Below are positions 24,849 through 39,279 of a stretch of 64,000 nt of DNA, in pieces. The DNA lies in NCBI RefSeq assembly GCF_009914755.1, contig NC_060935.1; one strand, given 5' to 3'. Made by a program: the position numbers and the translations under genes. The notes beneath the pieces are model-generated. The model was given only the letters and a program-made list of their open reading frames with translations. It was not told the DNA's origin and did not search any database. Source of the stretch: the human T2T-CHM13v2.0 reference genome, Homo sapiens. Each line of letters opens with the position of its first letter. Position 1 is the stretch's first letter.

Positions 24849-27800
24849 CACACAGGCGTGCCCACAGAGCATGGGGAGGCACGGTCGCCATGGCACAAGT
24901 GAGGAAGGACTCGCTCTGGGCAGCCACCTCCTCACCACTGGGCACCTGACACCTGGGTCCAGGCTGGCTGGGCAGGGGCAGATGTGGTGCCTGCTGAGCC
25001 CCTCAGACCACAGCTCAGACCAACTGACACAGCCAGGCCCCTGGCCAGCACCTGCAGGCACTAGAGCCCAGGCCTGGCTCTCTCTGCAGGGCTCTGGAGT
25101 TCAGGCTCCCCACAGAGACCAGCTGGTACTGCCTGCCCACCCCTTCACCGACCACCACCACCACCAGGCATCCCGACTGAGAGACGAAGGCCTTGAGAGC
25201 AAAGGGGACTCTTCAGCAGGGTGTGCCCTGGGGGCAGCAAAGATGACTGCTGCTCTTCCCTCCTAAGGATTTGGTACCCTACCCATGCCCAGGGATAACA
25301 GTGCCCAGTTCAGCCCAGACTGAGGTCCAGGCCTCCTGGCAGGGGGATGCAGGAAGTGGAGCAGTTTCTGCACAAAAACATCAAGGATTCGAGCAGAGCC
25401 CGCGGCCAGCTCAACAAGCCTGGCACTGGCACATCCATTCATTTGTTCAGTACTTATGTGTTCAGCACTTGTGTATTCACAGCCGGCCACGTGCCAGGCT
25501 CTGGACACCCAGGGGGGCACAGTGCTTCTATGTGCTAAATCCAGCATGTAGAAACTGGGAGAAGTCTGGGTGGGGCTCTGCCAGCATCCTGAGTCCTGGT
25601 GGAGATGGTCGGCATGGTCAGCCCTGGCCACTCATGTCAGCTCCCTCCCACGGCCCCATGCTGCCCACACTTACAGGGAACCCAAATAGCCTGACAGGCC
25701 CGCCTCTCCAGGTAGCCCACACGTAACGTATCATGCCACTCAGAATACCCAAATGAGAGATTCCAGTTTTCAACTTGCTTCTCAAAGTTCTGCCTTCCTC
25801 ATCTGAGCATGTCCAGCGGCCTGTCCTTGCCCGACTGCAGTGGCTGGTCCCGAGCTAAGACCCCGGGGACCTTCTTCAGGAGCGTATTTACCATCTGGGA
25901 ATGGGGTATCTGGCAAGCCCCCAGGAGAGAGCCAACAATCTCATTTTGCAGATGGGAAGACCGAGATTGGGAGACGAGAAGAGTAGTCTGGAGGCCAGGT
26001 CTGCAGACTGAGCCTAGAGCTGCTCCCACAGCCCCTGCTGGGTCTGGCACGCTCATGTCCAGTGCTCGAGCCCCTCCCTGTAGATCACACCCACTTCTGA
26101 CTCAGGCCCCAACAAGCCCTTGCTAGCCCAGCTTCCCCCTCCCCCGCCCAGGCAATACAGGCTTCTGCAACCCCTGACTCTGGGATGTGAGGCAGAATCC
26201 AGAGACCCAGGCCTGGGGGCTGTTTCAGCAGGTGTGAGCATCTACCTGCAGGAAAGTAGGTGCTTCCAGCAACCTGTGATCACCTTGACCTGCACACCTG
26301 TACACCAACAAGCCCCAGAGGGAGGTAGGAGCCACCCGACCTGGTCAGCATCCCACTGGGACAGACTGCACGTGAATCCAAAGATCCTGGACCGAAGCTC
26401 AGGTCTGTCTGGGTCACTGAGTTCCTTAAGACCCCACCCTCTGGGGGACTCTATGAAGCCTGACTGTGACCACTGCGTGGGTCAGATCAGGATAGATGGG
26501 GTGACTAGAGGCTCCATCTCACACACATCTCCAGCCCGGCTTCTTGGAAGGTCTGGGCATGACAACTTCTCTTCTCTGAAGATGCATCTCTGTCTGCTGG
26601 CGGGCCTGGCATCTTCTGGGGGTGCTTCTGGCATCTTCTAACAGGTCTGTGCTTCTCAGTGAGGCAGCTTGGCCACTTGGAAATGGCCACGCTGGGTCAG
26701 TAAGGACAAAGGAAGCCTTGGGGTCCAAACGGTGACTGGGTTCAGCTCACAAGAAAGCGGGGATCCCTTGAACTTCAAAAATTAGCAGTTCTGTCCACAG
26801 GGAGGGGTGGCCGAGGCAGAAGATCTGAAACTCATCAACTCTGGGCCTGGACGGGGCAGCATCTCAGCAAACCTTTCAGAGGTGCAGATCTGTAGGGAGC
26901 TACACAGGGCAGTGGCTCATGCCCACAGCCCCGGGCTCCAGCTTGGTTTTCCGGCCTCCTAGCAAGACACTACACCAACAGTGCAGGACGCTATGCCGAG
27001 GGTGGGGTCCATCTCCTTTCACAGAGGAAATAAATCAAAGCCTTCAAGTCCGAGTTTGATGGAAATATTTCAATCCTTCATGGGTAATGCCCATCATTCT
27101 AAATGTTTTGTGGTAACATACAGTGGAAATGACTGCAACATGACGTTGTTATTCCGTATTCTGAGCCAAACTCCTGAGGTCGGTCTTGTTTGCATCACAT
27201 GTGGCCGGGGAATCGTCCCTTGAGGGCTTCTGTCTGCTTCTTGCCAAGCGGCTGAATGGATCGATGACGGAGGCATCTCCTAATTGCCACAGGGCTGCTC
27301 GTCCCTGCTCAGTGCACCAACCAGAAAGCCCAGTGAGGGAGGGGGATGCATCTGTTTGGAAACAGCGCATCATTGCCATCCTGTTGTGGGGTGTGCCATG
27401 AACCTAGTAGTCACACCGGGGGTTCTGAATGCGGTCCAAGCAACCGGTGGATGCCGGAGGAAGCATTTGCTTTCCTCTAATCCTTCCTACAGCCCCACCA
27501 GAGGCCCGCACTATGATTGTTGCGCTGTCACTAATTTTCCAAGGGTCATTTTCCCCCATCCAGAGGAAAGTGATGTTTAGAATTCCAAGTCGCTCACCCC
27601 TTCCATTGGAAGTGGAAAGTGAGGATGCCTGCCCACCCGTCCAGGGTCGATCCTCGGCCCTCGGCTGTCAGTGCACAGTGGAGAGATGGAGCCCAAGGGC
27701 CAGAAGGCGGAGGTCTAGGGGCCAGCAGAAGGGATGCCGTCAGCTTGGCTGCTGCTGCAAGCCCACTCATCTCTGCACCTGGAGGGTGACATTCATTCGG

Positions 27801-28979
27801 CCAGGGTGGGGCAAGGGGATCTTGCCTTCTCAGCCCAGGGCCTGGTCTCATGAGTGGGAGTATTTGGGGTCCATGCAGAAAGAGCAGGGGAGATGGGGGT
27901 GGCCTCCAAAGTTGCTGTCAGCATGCCCTTGGCTCAGGCTTTGAAGTATGTTTCCTGGTGGGGCTCCAGGTGCACAGGTGCACGCACCTAGCCAGCCACT
28001 GAAAGGAGCGAGACCCCAGGGCCATGGTCGGTGCTGATAGGTGCACCTCTGAGTGGCTGTGGCTTCTGTTTTGACTGGATGGTCAAAACTGGGGTGTCTT
28101 TAATCTGCCTGGCAGCCTCCCAGGTACCCTGAGGGTTCCAGAAGTTGGTGGGGCCCACCATGTGGGCAGGGCTGCGAGAGCCCCCGAGATCACCCTGAAG
28201 TGCAGGGACAGATCCGGGCACCTGGGGAAGTGGAGACAGGTGGAGACTTTGCGGTGACTTGCTCCCAAGTGGGACACTTTCTCCAGCATCTGGGCTTGCA
28301 AGCTGCCAGTGATGGTGTCCTGTCCTCGGGCCGGGGCCCCTTTGCCTTCAGGATGAAACTCCTCTCCCCGACACAACCCAAGATAGAAAGCGTCGTTCAG
28401 CTGCCAAGTTGTTCTGAACACTGTGATGCTCGGAACCAGAAACAACCCAAGACATTGACCCGCTTGTGGGACGCAGCAGGAGGCCCCTCCGTGCCCACCA
28501 GTCCTTCCTGAGAGTGCAAGTATGTCAGAGCTCGGCTTTGGCCTTCACCCGCCAACCTCTCTGGGGTCAGTGGAGGGGCCGCCCTCTCACTGTTGCTCTC
28601 TCGCTCCCTGGCCAGGTCACAGTGGAGGTCTCTCCCTCCTCCCTGACCCCTGAGCTCCTGAAGACTCCCAGCCTGCAGGATGACCTTCCTGAGTTTCCAC
28701 ACCCTCCCCTCCATGGGGTCTGGGCCTTGTTGCTGCGGTGTCTGTCTGTGTCCTGCACGCGGATGGCGTCCAGGGCCGGGAAGAGGGGCTCACCTCCTTC
28801 TCCTCCTATCTGGCCTGGGTAATTGGGGACAGTGGGGAGACAACTGAGGTGACCTCTGCAAGACCCGCCCCCCACCACCTGGTGACAGCGGGTGTACGGC
28901 ACTTCCTGCCGCACAGAAGTCAGCTTCCATCAGCCTCCACGAAGAGAGAATGTTAGGGTCTTGCTCGTGGGGGCCAGAT

Positions 28980-29120
28980 TCCCCCTTCTCTCCCTCCCTT
29001 CTCTTCTCCCTCCCTGCTTCCCATCTTCCCTTTTTCCTTTCCTTCCTTCTCACCTTCCTCTCTTCCTCCGTCTCCTTCTTTCCTTCGCTCCCTCTCATCC
29101 TCCTCCCTTTTTCCCTCCCC
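28980..29120. repeat. CT-rich low-complexity tract
   Basis: Near-pure pyrimidine run. Confidence 0.9.
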
Positions 29121-29737
29121 ATGGGGAGAGCTGTGATGACTCTCTCCTTACATAGAAGGGGGTGAGCCAGGCACAAGGAGGAGACACGAAGGCCAGGGAA
29201 GGAGCCTCTGCTTGAATAGCCCTGGGGACGGGGAGTTCACTCCCTCTGCAGACTGTGTCCACCCCATCTGGAGATCTTGCCTCAAGCTGAAAGCTCAGTG
29301 CTGGTGTCCCCGGCCCGGGTCCCCTTCCCGTCCATGGGAAGCGAGGGAGATTTGCAGGCCCAGAGCCTCTTCCTTGGCTTTTTCCTCCAGCCCCACCTCT
29401 TGGCTTCTCTGCAACTCCGCATTACATCTCTTTAGGCCCCAAACAGCCACCCAGGCCCCAAGAAGCCTGTCAAACCCCAGATGTTTGCCGACACCGTGAG
29501 AGGCCCCGGGTGTTCTAGAACACTTGGAGGCCTGGAAGCACTGTGTGGAAGGAACACCTGGCGGACAGGCTGCTGAATGGCTTTCTGTAGATGCTGGACA
29601 ATGGACAGAACAGCCTCCTTCAGGTGACAGAGCCACAGGGGCCTCAGAAGGAGGGGTGACTCTCTCCACCTCTGTCCCACTCTTCCCCAGGCACCCAGGC
29701 TCTGCCTCCTGGTGTCACAAAGTCCCACCAAGACTCA

Positions 29738-30080
<343 letters not shown>

Positions 30081-30544
30081 TCAGGCAAAAAAATAAATAA
30101 ATAAAAAATAAGAACCAAAAAAGAGGTAAAGGGACAAATGTCTGCCACAACTTGGTTCTGTCCTCACAACACACTCTGTGTAGGAGGATGCGGGTGTTCA
30201 CAGCTGGCGTTGAAAGTGCAGTGTGACTGGGGCTTTGGTGGCTGCGAGAGTCAAAGGAGGGGCATCTCCACTCCACAGATCAATTCCAGGAGCCCAGTGA
30301 GGAAGGCAGAGGCCCTGATGCTTCTTGCTTCACAGAGGAGCAAACTGGTGCTCAGAGAGGTTGTGCTACTTGCCTAGGAACACACAGCCCAGCAGCAGAA
30401 GAGCCAGGACTAGACACTGAGTCTCACAACCCCACAGCATGGCTCTAGCATTGAATGTGCCCAAGAGAGCTGGACCTGCCGTGGCCCCACATGGAGACAG
30501 GGAAACGTCCACACAGGACAACGTCTTCCATGATGAAGATGTTT

Positions 30545-30745
30545 GGATGGTTCAGATCTCACCCAAACCTCCTGTTGAACTGAAATCCCCAGTGTTGGAG
30601 GTGGGGCCTGGTGGGAGGTGATTGGATCACGGGGGTGGAGATCTTGTGAATGGTTTGGCACCATCCCCCCTTGGTCCTGTATAGTGAGTGAGTTCTCCCC
30701 AAAGCTGTTTTTTTTAAAAGTATGTGGCACCTCCCGCTCCCCACA
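30545..30745 (+). mobile_element. MSTA/B-type LTR, 5' part only
   Basis: CCCCAGTGTTGGAGGTGGGGCCTGGTGGGAGGTGATTGGATCA. Confidence 0.85.
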
Positions 30746-31070
30746 TGGTGACTTCAGGCAGCTCCACCGAGCACTCCATACAGGAGACCTGCACAGGTGC
30801 CCTGAGCTGGCATGACTCCGCCCATGCCCTCTGGGATCCTGTTTACCTAAAATCCACAGTAACCAGAGCTCTCAGTCATCCTGACCTTGGGCCTGCAGAT
30901 CCATCTCTGCAAATCAGGTCAAATAAACCAGTTGTTTAATTTAGGGGAAACAAGAGGCATACCTGAGCTTCCAGGTGTCTCCACCCCAGGAGTGATCCTC
31001 TAGCAGACGGCCCTGTGGCTGCTGCCTGCCCAAAGGCTTCTGGCTGGGCTTGCTCTTCCTGGACACTTGG

Positions 31071-31918
31071 TGCTGTGGTCTGCGTGTTTCTCACCTCCGA
31101 AACTCGTGTTGAAATGTAATTCTCAACGTAGCAGGATGGAGGGGTAGGGCCTTTAAGCGGTGATTGGGTCGTGACACCTCTGCCCTCATGAATGGATTAA
31201 GACATTCATAGATGAGTGAATTAATAGTTTAATGGATTGATGAGGTTGTCATGGGAGTGGAACTGAAGGCTTTATAAAAAGAGGAAGAGAGATCTGAGCC
31301 AGCACACCCAGCCCCGGTCATGTGTATTCAGCAGTTTCACATCAATATAAAGACATTCTTAAGGCTGCGAAATGTTTAAAGGAAAGAGGTTTAATTGGCT
31401 CACAGTTCTGCAGGCTGTGCAGGAAGCATGGTGCCCACATCTGCTTGGCTTCTGGTGAGGCCTCAGGGAGCTTTTACTCATGATGAAAGGCCAAGTGGGA
31501 GCAGGCATCACATGGTTAAAGTGGAAGCAAGAGAGAGAAGGGGGAGGGCCACACACTTTTAAGCAACCAGATATCAAGAGAACTTACTCACTATCTTGAG
31601 GACAGCACCAAGCCATTCATGAGGAGTCCACCCCATGATCAAAACTCTTTCCACCAGGCCCCACCTCCAACATTGGGGATTATGTTTCAATGTGAGATTT
31701 GGAGAGGACAAACATCCAAACCATATCACCATGTGATTTCTTGCACTGCCTTGAGACTTGGCAGAGAGTCCCCAGCAGCAAGAAGGCCCTCGCCAGATGC
31801 AACCCCTCGATCTGGACTTCTCAGCCTACAGAACTGTAAGATACAAATTTCTTTTCTTTATAGATGATTACCTAGTTTCAGGTATTCTGTTATAAGCAAT
31901 AGAAAATGGGCAGAGACA
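31071..31918 (+). mobile_element. MSTD-type LTR interrupted by a nested MSTB
   Basis: TGCTGTGGTC...GCCCTCATGAATGGATTAA...; resumes at 31729 and ends CAGGTATTCTGTTATAAGCAATAGAAAATGG...ACA. Confidence 0.88.
31323..31728 (-). mobile_element. MSTB-type LTR nested in MSTD
   Basis: TGTATT...ACCATATCA termini; 5-bp TSD TCATG/CCATG. Confidence 0.9.
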
Positions 31919-32299
31919 TCTAGCTCCTCTTGGTTTAGTCACAGCCGACAGCAGAGACATAGATGAGGGATCCTGGCTTCTAACCAGGTGGAGGAGGAGG
32001 AGAGGGTGCCAGAAGCTTCCTCTAAACTGCAGCAGTTGTGCCAGGTCCTGAGGGCAGGAGTGAGCTGCTCCCGTGCTGGGAAGAGCTTGGCTCAGGTCCA
32101 TGGGAACATGGCGGCATTGAGGCCATCTTTCTGGAAGACCACTTGTGTGAGTCACCCACCTTCTTAAAACTCTTCAGCAGCTGAAGGTGATAAAAAGTCA
32201 TGATTAAACATGATGCTGAGTCAAAGAAGGGTCAGGAAGGACCACATGTTGTGTGATTCCACTCCCATGAAGGTCTAGAGCAGGGAAATCCTCACCGGA

Positions 32300-32925
32300 A
32301 ACCCACAGTCAACCCAGCACCTCCTGCCCTCACTTCCACACTCCCTCTGTCCACTGGCACTGTCCACTTCACCTCCTGCACCACCTCTGAGCTGCCCCCT
32401 CCTGCCACCTGCATTGCCATTGCCTTAGCCCAAGCATCTCTTCCCTGGATGGCTCCATCAGCCTTCCCTGGTCTCCATTTGCAGCCCTCCAGCCCATTCT
32501 CTAGTTCTGCCAAGCCCTGTAGGAATTCCCCCTCTTCCCCTCCAGCCTTTCCCACTGGCCCTGGCCCTGTCAGCTGCTCTCCACTGACCTAGGCTCCTGG
32601 GCTCTGTCCACCCTGTGCTTCTTCCTACAGCAGGGCCTTGACATATCTAATCCATTCCCATCCATCCCCAGAGCTCAGCTAAACCATCCGTTTCTCTGGG
32701 AAGACTGAGACCCTGACCTCCTTGGATGGTCAACTCCGCCCATGTGTGCCTCCTTAGCAGAACTCACCAAAATTGTAATTTTATATTTTTCCCTCTCTTC
32801 CATGAGGACATGAATTCCATGACAACAGAAATTGCATCTGTTTTTTTGTTTTGTTTTGTTTTGTTTTGTTTTGCCACTGCACCCTAGGCCACCCAGCATA
32901 GAGATGAATACTCACTGAATTTTAG
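32300..32925 (+). mobile_element. L2 LINE fragment
   Basis: Pyrimidine-rich L2 body (CTTAGCCCAAGC, CAGGGCCTTG, CTCCATGAGG-like motifs). Confidence 0.55.
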
Positions 32926-33269
32926 GAAGAAACTTCGTTTGCACCTCAACCCCCAACCCCACTGCTTCCCCAGTCATGGCACTGCCTGATTAGCTTAAGG
33001 CGGGGTGGGCTGCTCCTCGGTGCAGCTTCATCTTCCCCGTGGTGAAATGCAGCATTTCCACCAGGCAGTCTCTAAGACCTCTGCACAATCTTAAATTCTG
33101 CAGCCATTTCCCTGATGTCTTCTTGCACCTGGTATGGCTGAGAGGTTCATGCCCATCAGATTCTCATTTCCTTGAATGTGACCTGTTTTCACCCTTGGAA
33201 GCTTTTAGGAGTTTCTATCTATACTACCCTGAAATTTCACCCAACTAAATATTTATTGTGTGTGGATGG

Positions 33270-33575
33270 GGCAGGGCGGGGTGTATGGGAGATGTATATC
33301 AAAGGATACCAAGTTGCAATTACATAAGATGAATAAATCCAGAGATCCAGAGACCTACAGTACAGCATGAGAACTCTAGCTAATAATATTGCATTTTACA
33401 ATGAAAAGTTTTCTAAGAGTGGATTTTAGGTGCTCTTACCACACATGAAAAGGTAACTATGTTAGATGAAGGATATGTTAAATTGCTTACCTGTAGTAAT
33501 CATTTCACTGTATGTGTATGTATATTAAAACATCACACTGTACACTCAAAATTTATACAGTAAATTTTAAAAAAT
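33270..33575 (+). mobile_element. L1MA8-10-type 3' end
   Basis: CAAAGGATACCAAGTTGCA...GATTTTAGGTGCTCTTACCAC...GGTAACTATG. Confidence 0.85.
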
Positions 33576-33708
33576 CTTTAATGTGAATCATCTTTCAGAT
33601 TTTTTTAAGAATCTTTTCCCCTTTCACAACTGTTCTGCCTTATATGGAGTAGATCCCAGCAACCTAAGACTCATATCCTGCCCCAACTGGGGAAAACATC
33701 TACCATGA

Positions 33709-34104
33709 TGATATGGTTTGGGTCTCACCCAAACCTCATGTTGAAATGCAATCCCCAGTGTTGGAGGTGGGGCCTGGTGGGAGGTGACTGGATCATGGGG
33801 GCAGAGTTCTCATGAATGTTTTAACGCCAACCCTTCTTGGTACTGTATAGTGAGTGAGTTTTCACAAGATCTGGTTTGTTTAAAAGTGCAAGACACCTCC
33901 CATTCTCTCTTCCTCCTGCTCCTGCCTGTAAGATGCCTGCTCCTCCTTTGCCTTCTGCCATGATCCTGAGGCCTCCCCAGAAGCAGATGCTGCCACGCTT
34001 CCTGTACAGCCTGAAGAACCGTGAGCCAAAATAAACCTCTTTTCTTTATAAATTACCCAGGCTTGGGTATTTCTTTATAGCAGTGTGAGAACAGACTAAT
34101 ACAC
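33709..34104 (+). mobile_element. MSTA-type solo LTR
   Basis: TGATATGGTTTGG...CAGACTAATACA termini, AATAAA near the 3' end. Confidence 0.93.
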
Positions 34105-35153
34105 ATGACTTCTTCCATCATTACTTCATCTTTGTTTGCACTTTTAATTCTTTCTGGAAATTCCATCCGCGGATGTGGGAACATCTGGATCTTCCTCTTG
34201 GTTCATTCCTTCTGGGTACTGGGAGAATTCTTCAGCTTGGAATTCCAGCTCATGAATTTGTTCTTCAGCTGTGTCCATTATGGTATTTATCCCATCAATT
34301 GATTTTTATTTTCTTTTTGACAATCAAATATGTAATTCCCAAGCTCTGCAACTGCTTCTATTTTGGACATCCTCAGCATTCCCTGAAGATGGTAATGTTT
34401 ATGAGTGTGTATATTTTAAATCTCTTCCCTTTGCTGTTTAATTTTATTTCTGCAGCATTTGTTTTTCTGTTGTTGGGTCTGGTCTTCTTTTTACTCAAAG
34501 TCCTGGGGATCCCCGGTTGCCAGATCAGTGCTGTAGCCAGAACTACTCGTTCCTCTGCCCCCTGGTCTGAAGCCATCCCTGACAATGGTGTGGGGGCAAG
34601 GAGGGAGCCAAGCTCTTGTTCTTCCAGGGCCTGCCCCCTGGGCACAGCACTTACTCTCACAGATGGTGAGGGAGCAAATGTCTCTGCTGCCCATGGCCTG
34701 AGGAAAACCACCATGCTGGGGTCAGGGACCCCAACCTGTACCCTACCTGCCCACTTTTCAGCCACCTAGCTCCGAAGTTGGCTCCCCTGCTCTCTAGGCA
34801 GCCTTCTACAAATGCTTCAGAGCTGTGGCTGTTTTTCTATAGCTATTCCTGTCTGCTTCCCACCTTCCAAGAATCCCAGATGTTTTTAAGTCACTAAAGA
34901 TGATGTTTCTTATGACACATTCACAGCACCTCTTTGGACATCTCATGTGATTTTTCAAGGATGTAGCCTTGTGTGTGCTGACTGCCACCTTGATTGGATC
35001 TTTCCAAGGGAATTAGTGAGAACCCACGAGACACAATCCCCACCCCACAGAGGGCACTTCAGACTACTTGATGGTGGCCAGGGACAGAAAGTTCTCCCTC
35101 GGCTGGTGGGTCCCTTCAGTGGAAAGGTGTGAGGAGCACAGTTGACTTGCTTA

Positions 35154-35628
<475 letters not shown>

Positions 35629-37535
35629 GAATATGCGAGGTTGGGTAATTTATAATGAAAAGTGGTTTAATTGGCTCATGGTTCTGTGGGCTTTACAGGA
35701 AGCATGGTGCTGGCATCTCCTCAGCTTCTGGTGAAGACCAAGGAAGCTTTCAATTGTGGCAGAAGGCTAAGGGAGAGCAGGCATTTCACATGGCAAAAGC
35801 AGGAAGAAGAGAGAGAGAGAGAGAGTGGGAGTTGCCACATACTTTGAAATGACCAGATCTCAGGAGAACTCACTTTCACAAAGAAAGCACTAAGCAATGA
35901 GGGATCCACCCCCATGACCCAAACACCTCCCCCCAGGCCCCACTTCCAGCATTGTGGACTACAATTCAACACAAGATTTGGGTGGGGACAAAGGTCCAAA
36001 CTATATCATTCCACCCCTGGCTCTTCCCAAATCTCTTTCCACTCTATCTCTTCCTCCTGTTCCTGCCATGTAAGCAGGAGCATCATGAGGGGAAGAGATG
36101 TCATTCTTACATTGCAAAATACAATCATGCCTTCTCAAGAGTCCCCTAAAGTCTTGACTCATTCCAGCATTAACTCAAAAGTCCAAAGTCTCATCTGAGA
36201 CAAGGCAAATCCCTTTCACTTATGAGCCTGTAAAATCAAAAACAAGTTAGTTACCCCCAAGATTCAATGGGGGTATAGGCATTGGATAAACATCTCCATT
36301 CCAAAAGGGAGAAACTGGCTAAAAGAAAGGGGTTATAGCCCCCATGCAAGTTCAAAACCCAGCAGGGCAGTCATTAAATCCTGCAGTTCCAAAATAATCT
36401 CCTTTGACTTCATATCCTGCATCCAGGGCACACTGATGCAAGGGGCAGCTTCCAAGGCCTTGGGGAGCTCTGCCTCTGTGGATTCACAGGGTTCAGCCCC
36501 CACAGCTGCTTTCATGGGCTGGTGTTAGTGCCTATAACTCTTGCAGGTGCATGGTGCAAGCTGCCAAAAAATCTACCATTCTTGAGTCTGGAGGATGGTG
36601 GCCCCCTTCTCACAGCTGCACTAGTCAGTTCCCCAGTAGATACTCTGTGTGGGAGCTCCAACCCCACATTTTCTCCCCACACTGCCCTAGTCGAGGTTCT
36701 CTGTGAAGGCTCCACCCCTGCAGCAGGCTCGTGCCTGGATAACCAACCTTTTCCATGCATCTTCGGAAATCTAGGCAGAAACTGCCAAACCTCTTTCACT
36801 GTTGCACTATTCTGTGCACCTCAGGCTTAACACCATGGGGAAGCCACAAAGGTTTACAGCTTGCATTCTCCAAAGTAGCAGCTTGGGCTATACCTGGACA
36901 CCTTTGAGCCCCAGCTAGAGCTGGAGCAGCCTGGATGCAGGAAGCAATGTCCTGAGGCTGCACAGGGCAGGAAGGCCCTGGACTTGGGCCCTGAAACCAA
37001 TCTTCCCTTCTAGGTCTCGGGGCCTGTGATGGGAGGGGCTGCCGTGAAGGTCTCTGAAATGCCTTTGAGGTCTTTTCCCATTGTCTTGGATAGTAGCACT
37101 TGGCTTCCTTTTAGTTATGCAAATATCTCTAGCAAATTAAGCTCAAGCTTCCACAGACCCCTAGGGCATGACCACGATGCAACCGAATTCTTTACTAAGG
37201 CTTAACACATGTGATCTTTGTTCCAGTTCCCAATAAGTTTCTCATTTCCACCTGAGACTTTGGCAGCCTAGACTTCACTGTCCATATCACTATCAGCATT
37301 TTGGTCACAATCATTTAACCATTCTCTAAGAGGTTCCAAACTGTCTCTCATCTTCATGTCTTCTTCTGAGCTCTCCAAACTCTTCTAACCTCTGCTCCTT
37401 ACCCAGTTCCAAAGCTGCTTCCACATTTTCAGGTATCCTCATATTAATACCTCCATACCCCACTCTTAGTACCAATTTTCTACATTAGGCCATTGTTGTA
37501 TTGCTATAAAGAAATACCCAAGACTGAGTAATTTG

Positions 37536-37872
<337 letters not shown>

Positions 37873-38799
37873 TTATAAAGAAAAAGATTTAATTGGCTCA
37901 CAGTTCTGCGGGCTTTACACAAATCATGGAGCTGGCATCTTCTTGGCTTCTGGGGAGACCTAGGGAAGCTTACGATCATGGCAGAAGGTGAAGCAGGAGC
38001 AAGAGAGAGAGAGAGTGAAGCCGGTGCCAGATAAACAACCAGATCTCACAAGAACTCACTATCACAAAGACAGCACCAAGCCATGAGGGATCTGCCTCCA
38101 GGACCCCGACACCTCCCAGCAGGCCTGACCTCCAGCATTGAGGATTACAGTTCAACACGAGATGTGGGCAAGGACAAATATCTGAACTATGTCACCACAG
38201 AACTCAGGAAGTTCAGGTAAGTCTCCTGGTCATAAGTGGTAGCTGCAGGACCCTAATCCAAGTATTCTCTTTCCAAAACCTCAGCTTATCTGGGATGCTC
38301 ACAATCTATAAGGACCCCATTATCAGCATAACCTACCATCCCCTGATTCTAGAATATTTCTATTCCAATCCCTCCCTCCACAATTCACAGCCTCCTTGGA
38401 GTCAAAGCTAATCAGGTCTGCTGACAGGCCACTGGAGTCTGGAAGAACCCTCTCTGCAGCTCACTTGCTGAGGACAGTGAAGAGACTACCTCGTTTCACT
38501 GTGCCCATATCCTGACCTGCACAAGGGCATTATGGCTGTTGTGAGGACAGGTGAGGTGGCACAGGCAAAAGAGGTTAGTGCACAGTAGAAGAGAATAAAC
38601 GTGCATTTCCCTGCTCTGTTTTTCTCAAAGCTGTGCTTGTAGAAGGGCACTGCCACTTTGGAGCCACATTCAGAGCCCAGATTCCAGGTCATCCCAGAAG
38701 GTTGAATGGATGGCCCCAGCCCAGAGACTGGATGGCTTAGAGTCTGATGGCAGGAGCTGATCCCATAGTAGGTTTAGATCTCCCCAGACTGCCCATGTG

Positions 38800-39279
38800 T
38801 GACAGCTAGGTGGTTTCTGCAGAGTCCACCCCACTCCAAATTGCAGAGTGGCGTCTGTTTGGTCTAAGATAATCACGATCATCTTAACCCCCTTGCCAGA
38901 GTGACTCCTTTAGGGATCAAAAACAACTCAGCTGATCAGCAAGCACACAGCACTTCCCTGGCCACAGTGATTAACTCAGGTTGGTCTAACCAGAACAAGG
39001 CTCAAGACTTCTGTTAGATTAAGACCTCTCTCTCGCTCTGACCAGTAAGGGGTGCAGATACAAAGCCTGGAGCTACTGCAGCTACTTTGTTGCCATGAGG
39101 TAACCTAGCCCAATAACAGCACCAACAAGAAGCAGACACAGCAAGAGAACTGCTGAACTCTGAAGCCAGAGCCCTGGTTAAACTGCACCGGAAGCCTACC
39201 TGCCACCACCCTTCCCAACTGGGTGGGCCACTTTGGGGTGGGTTTTCTGCTTCCTGTCACAAAACAGCCCAAACTGACA
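38800..39279 (+). mobile_element. Old MaLR LTR (MLT1J/K-like)
   Basis: CCCTGGCCACAGTGATT...AAGCCTGGAGCTACTGCAGC...GGGTTTTCTG...AACTGACA. Confidence 0.6.

Noticed and set aside
27490-27512. CTCF-like motif CCACCAGAGGCCCGC, with similar partial matches near 9415, 35043 and 45436
   Set aside because: Mismatches at core positions; not distinguishable from background in GC-rich DNA
36009-37480. Coding capacity of the MST internal region
   Set aside because: Only short ORFs (~100 aa or less) with many stops; MaLRs are non-autonomous
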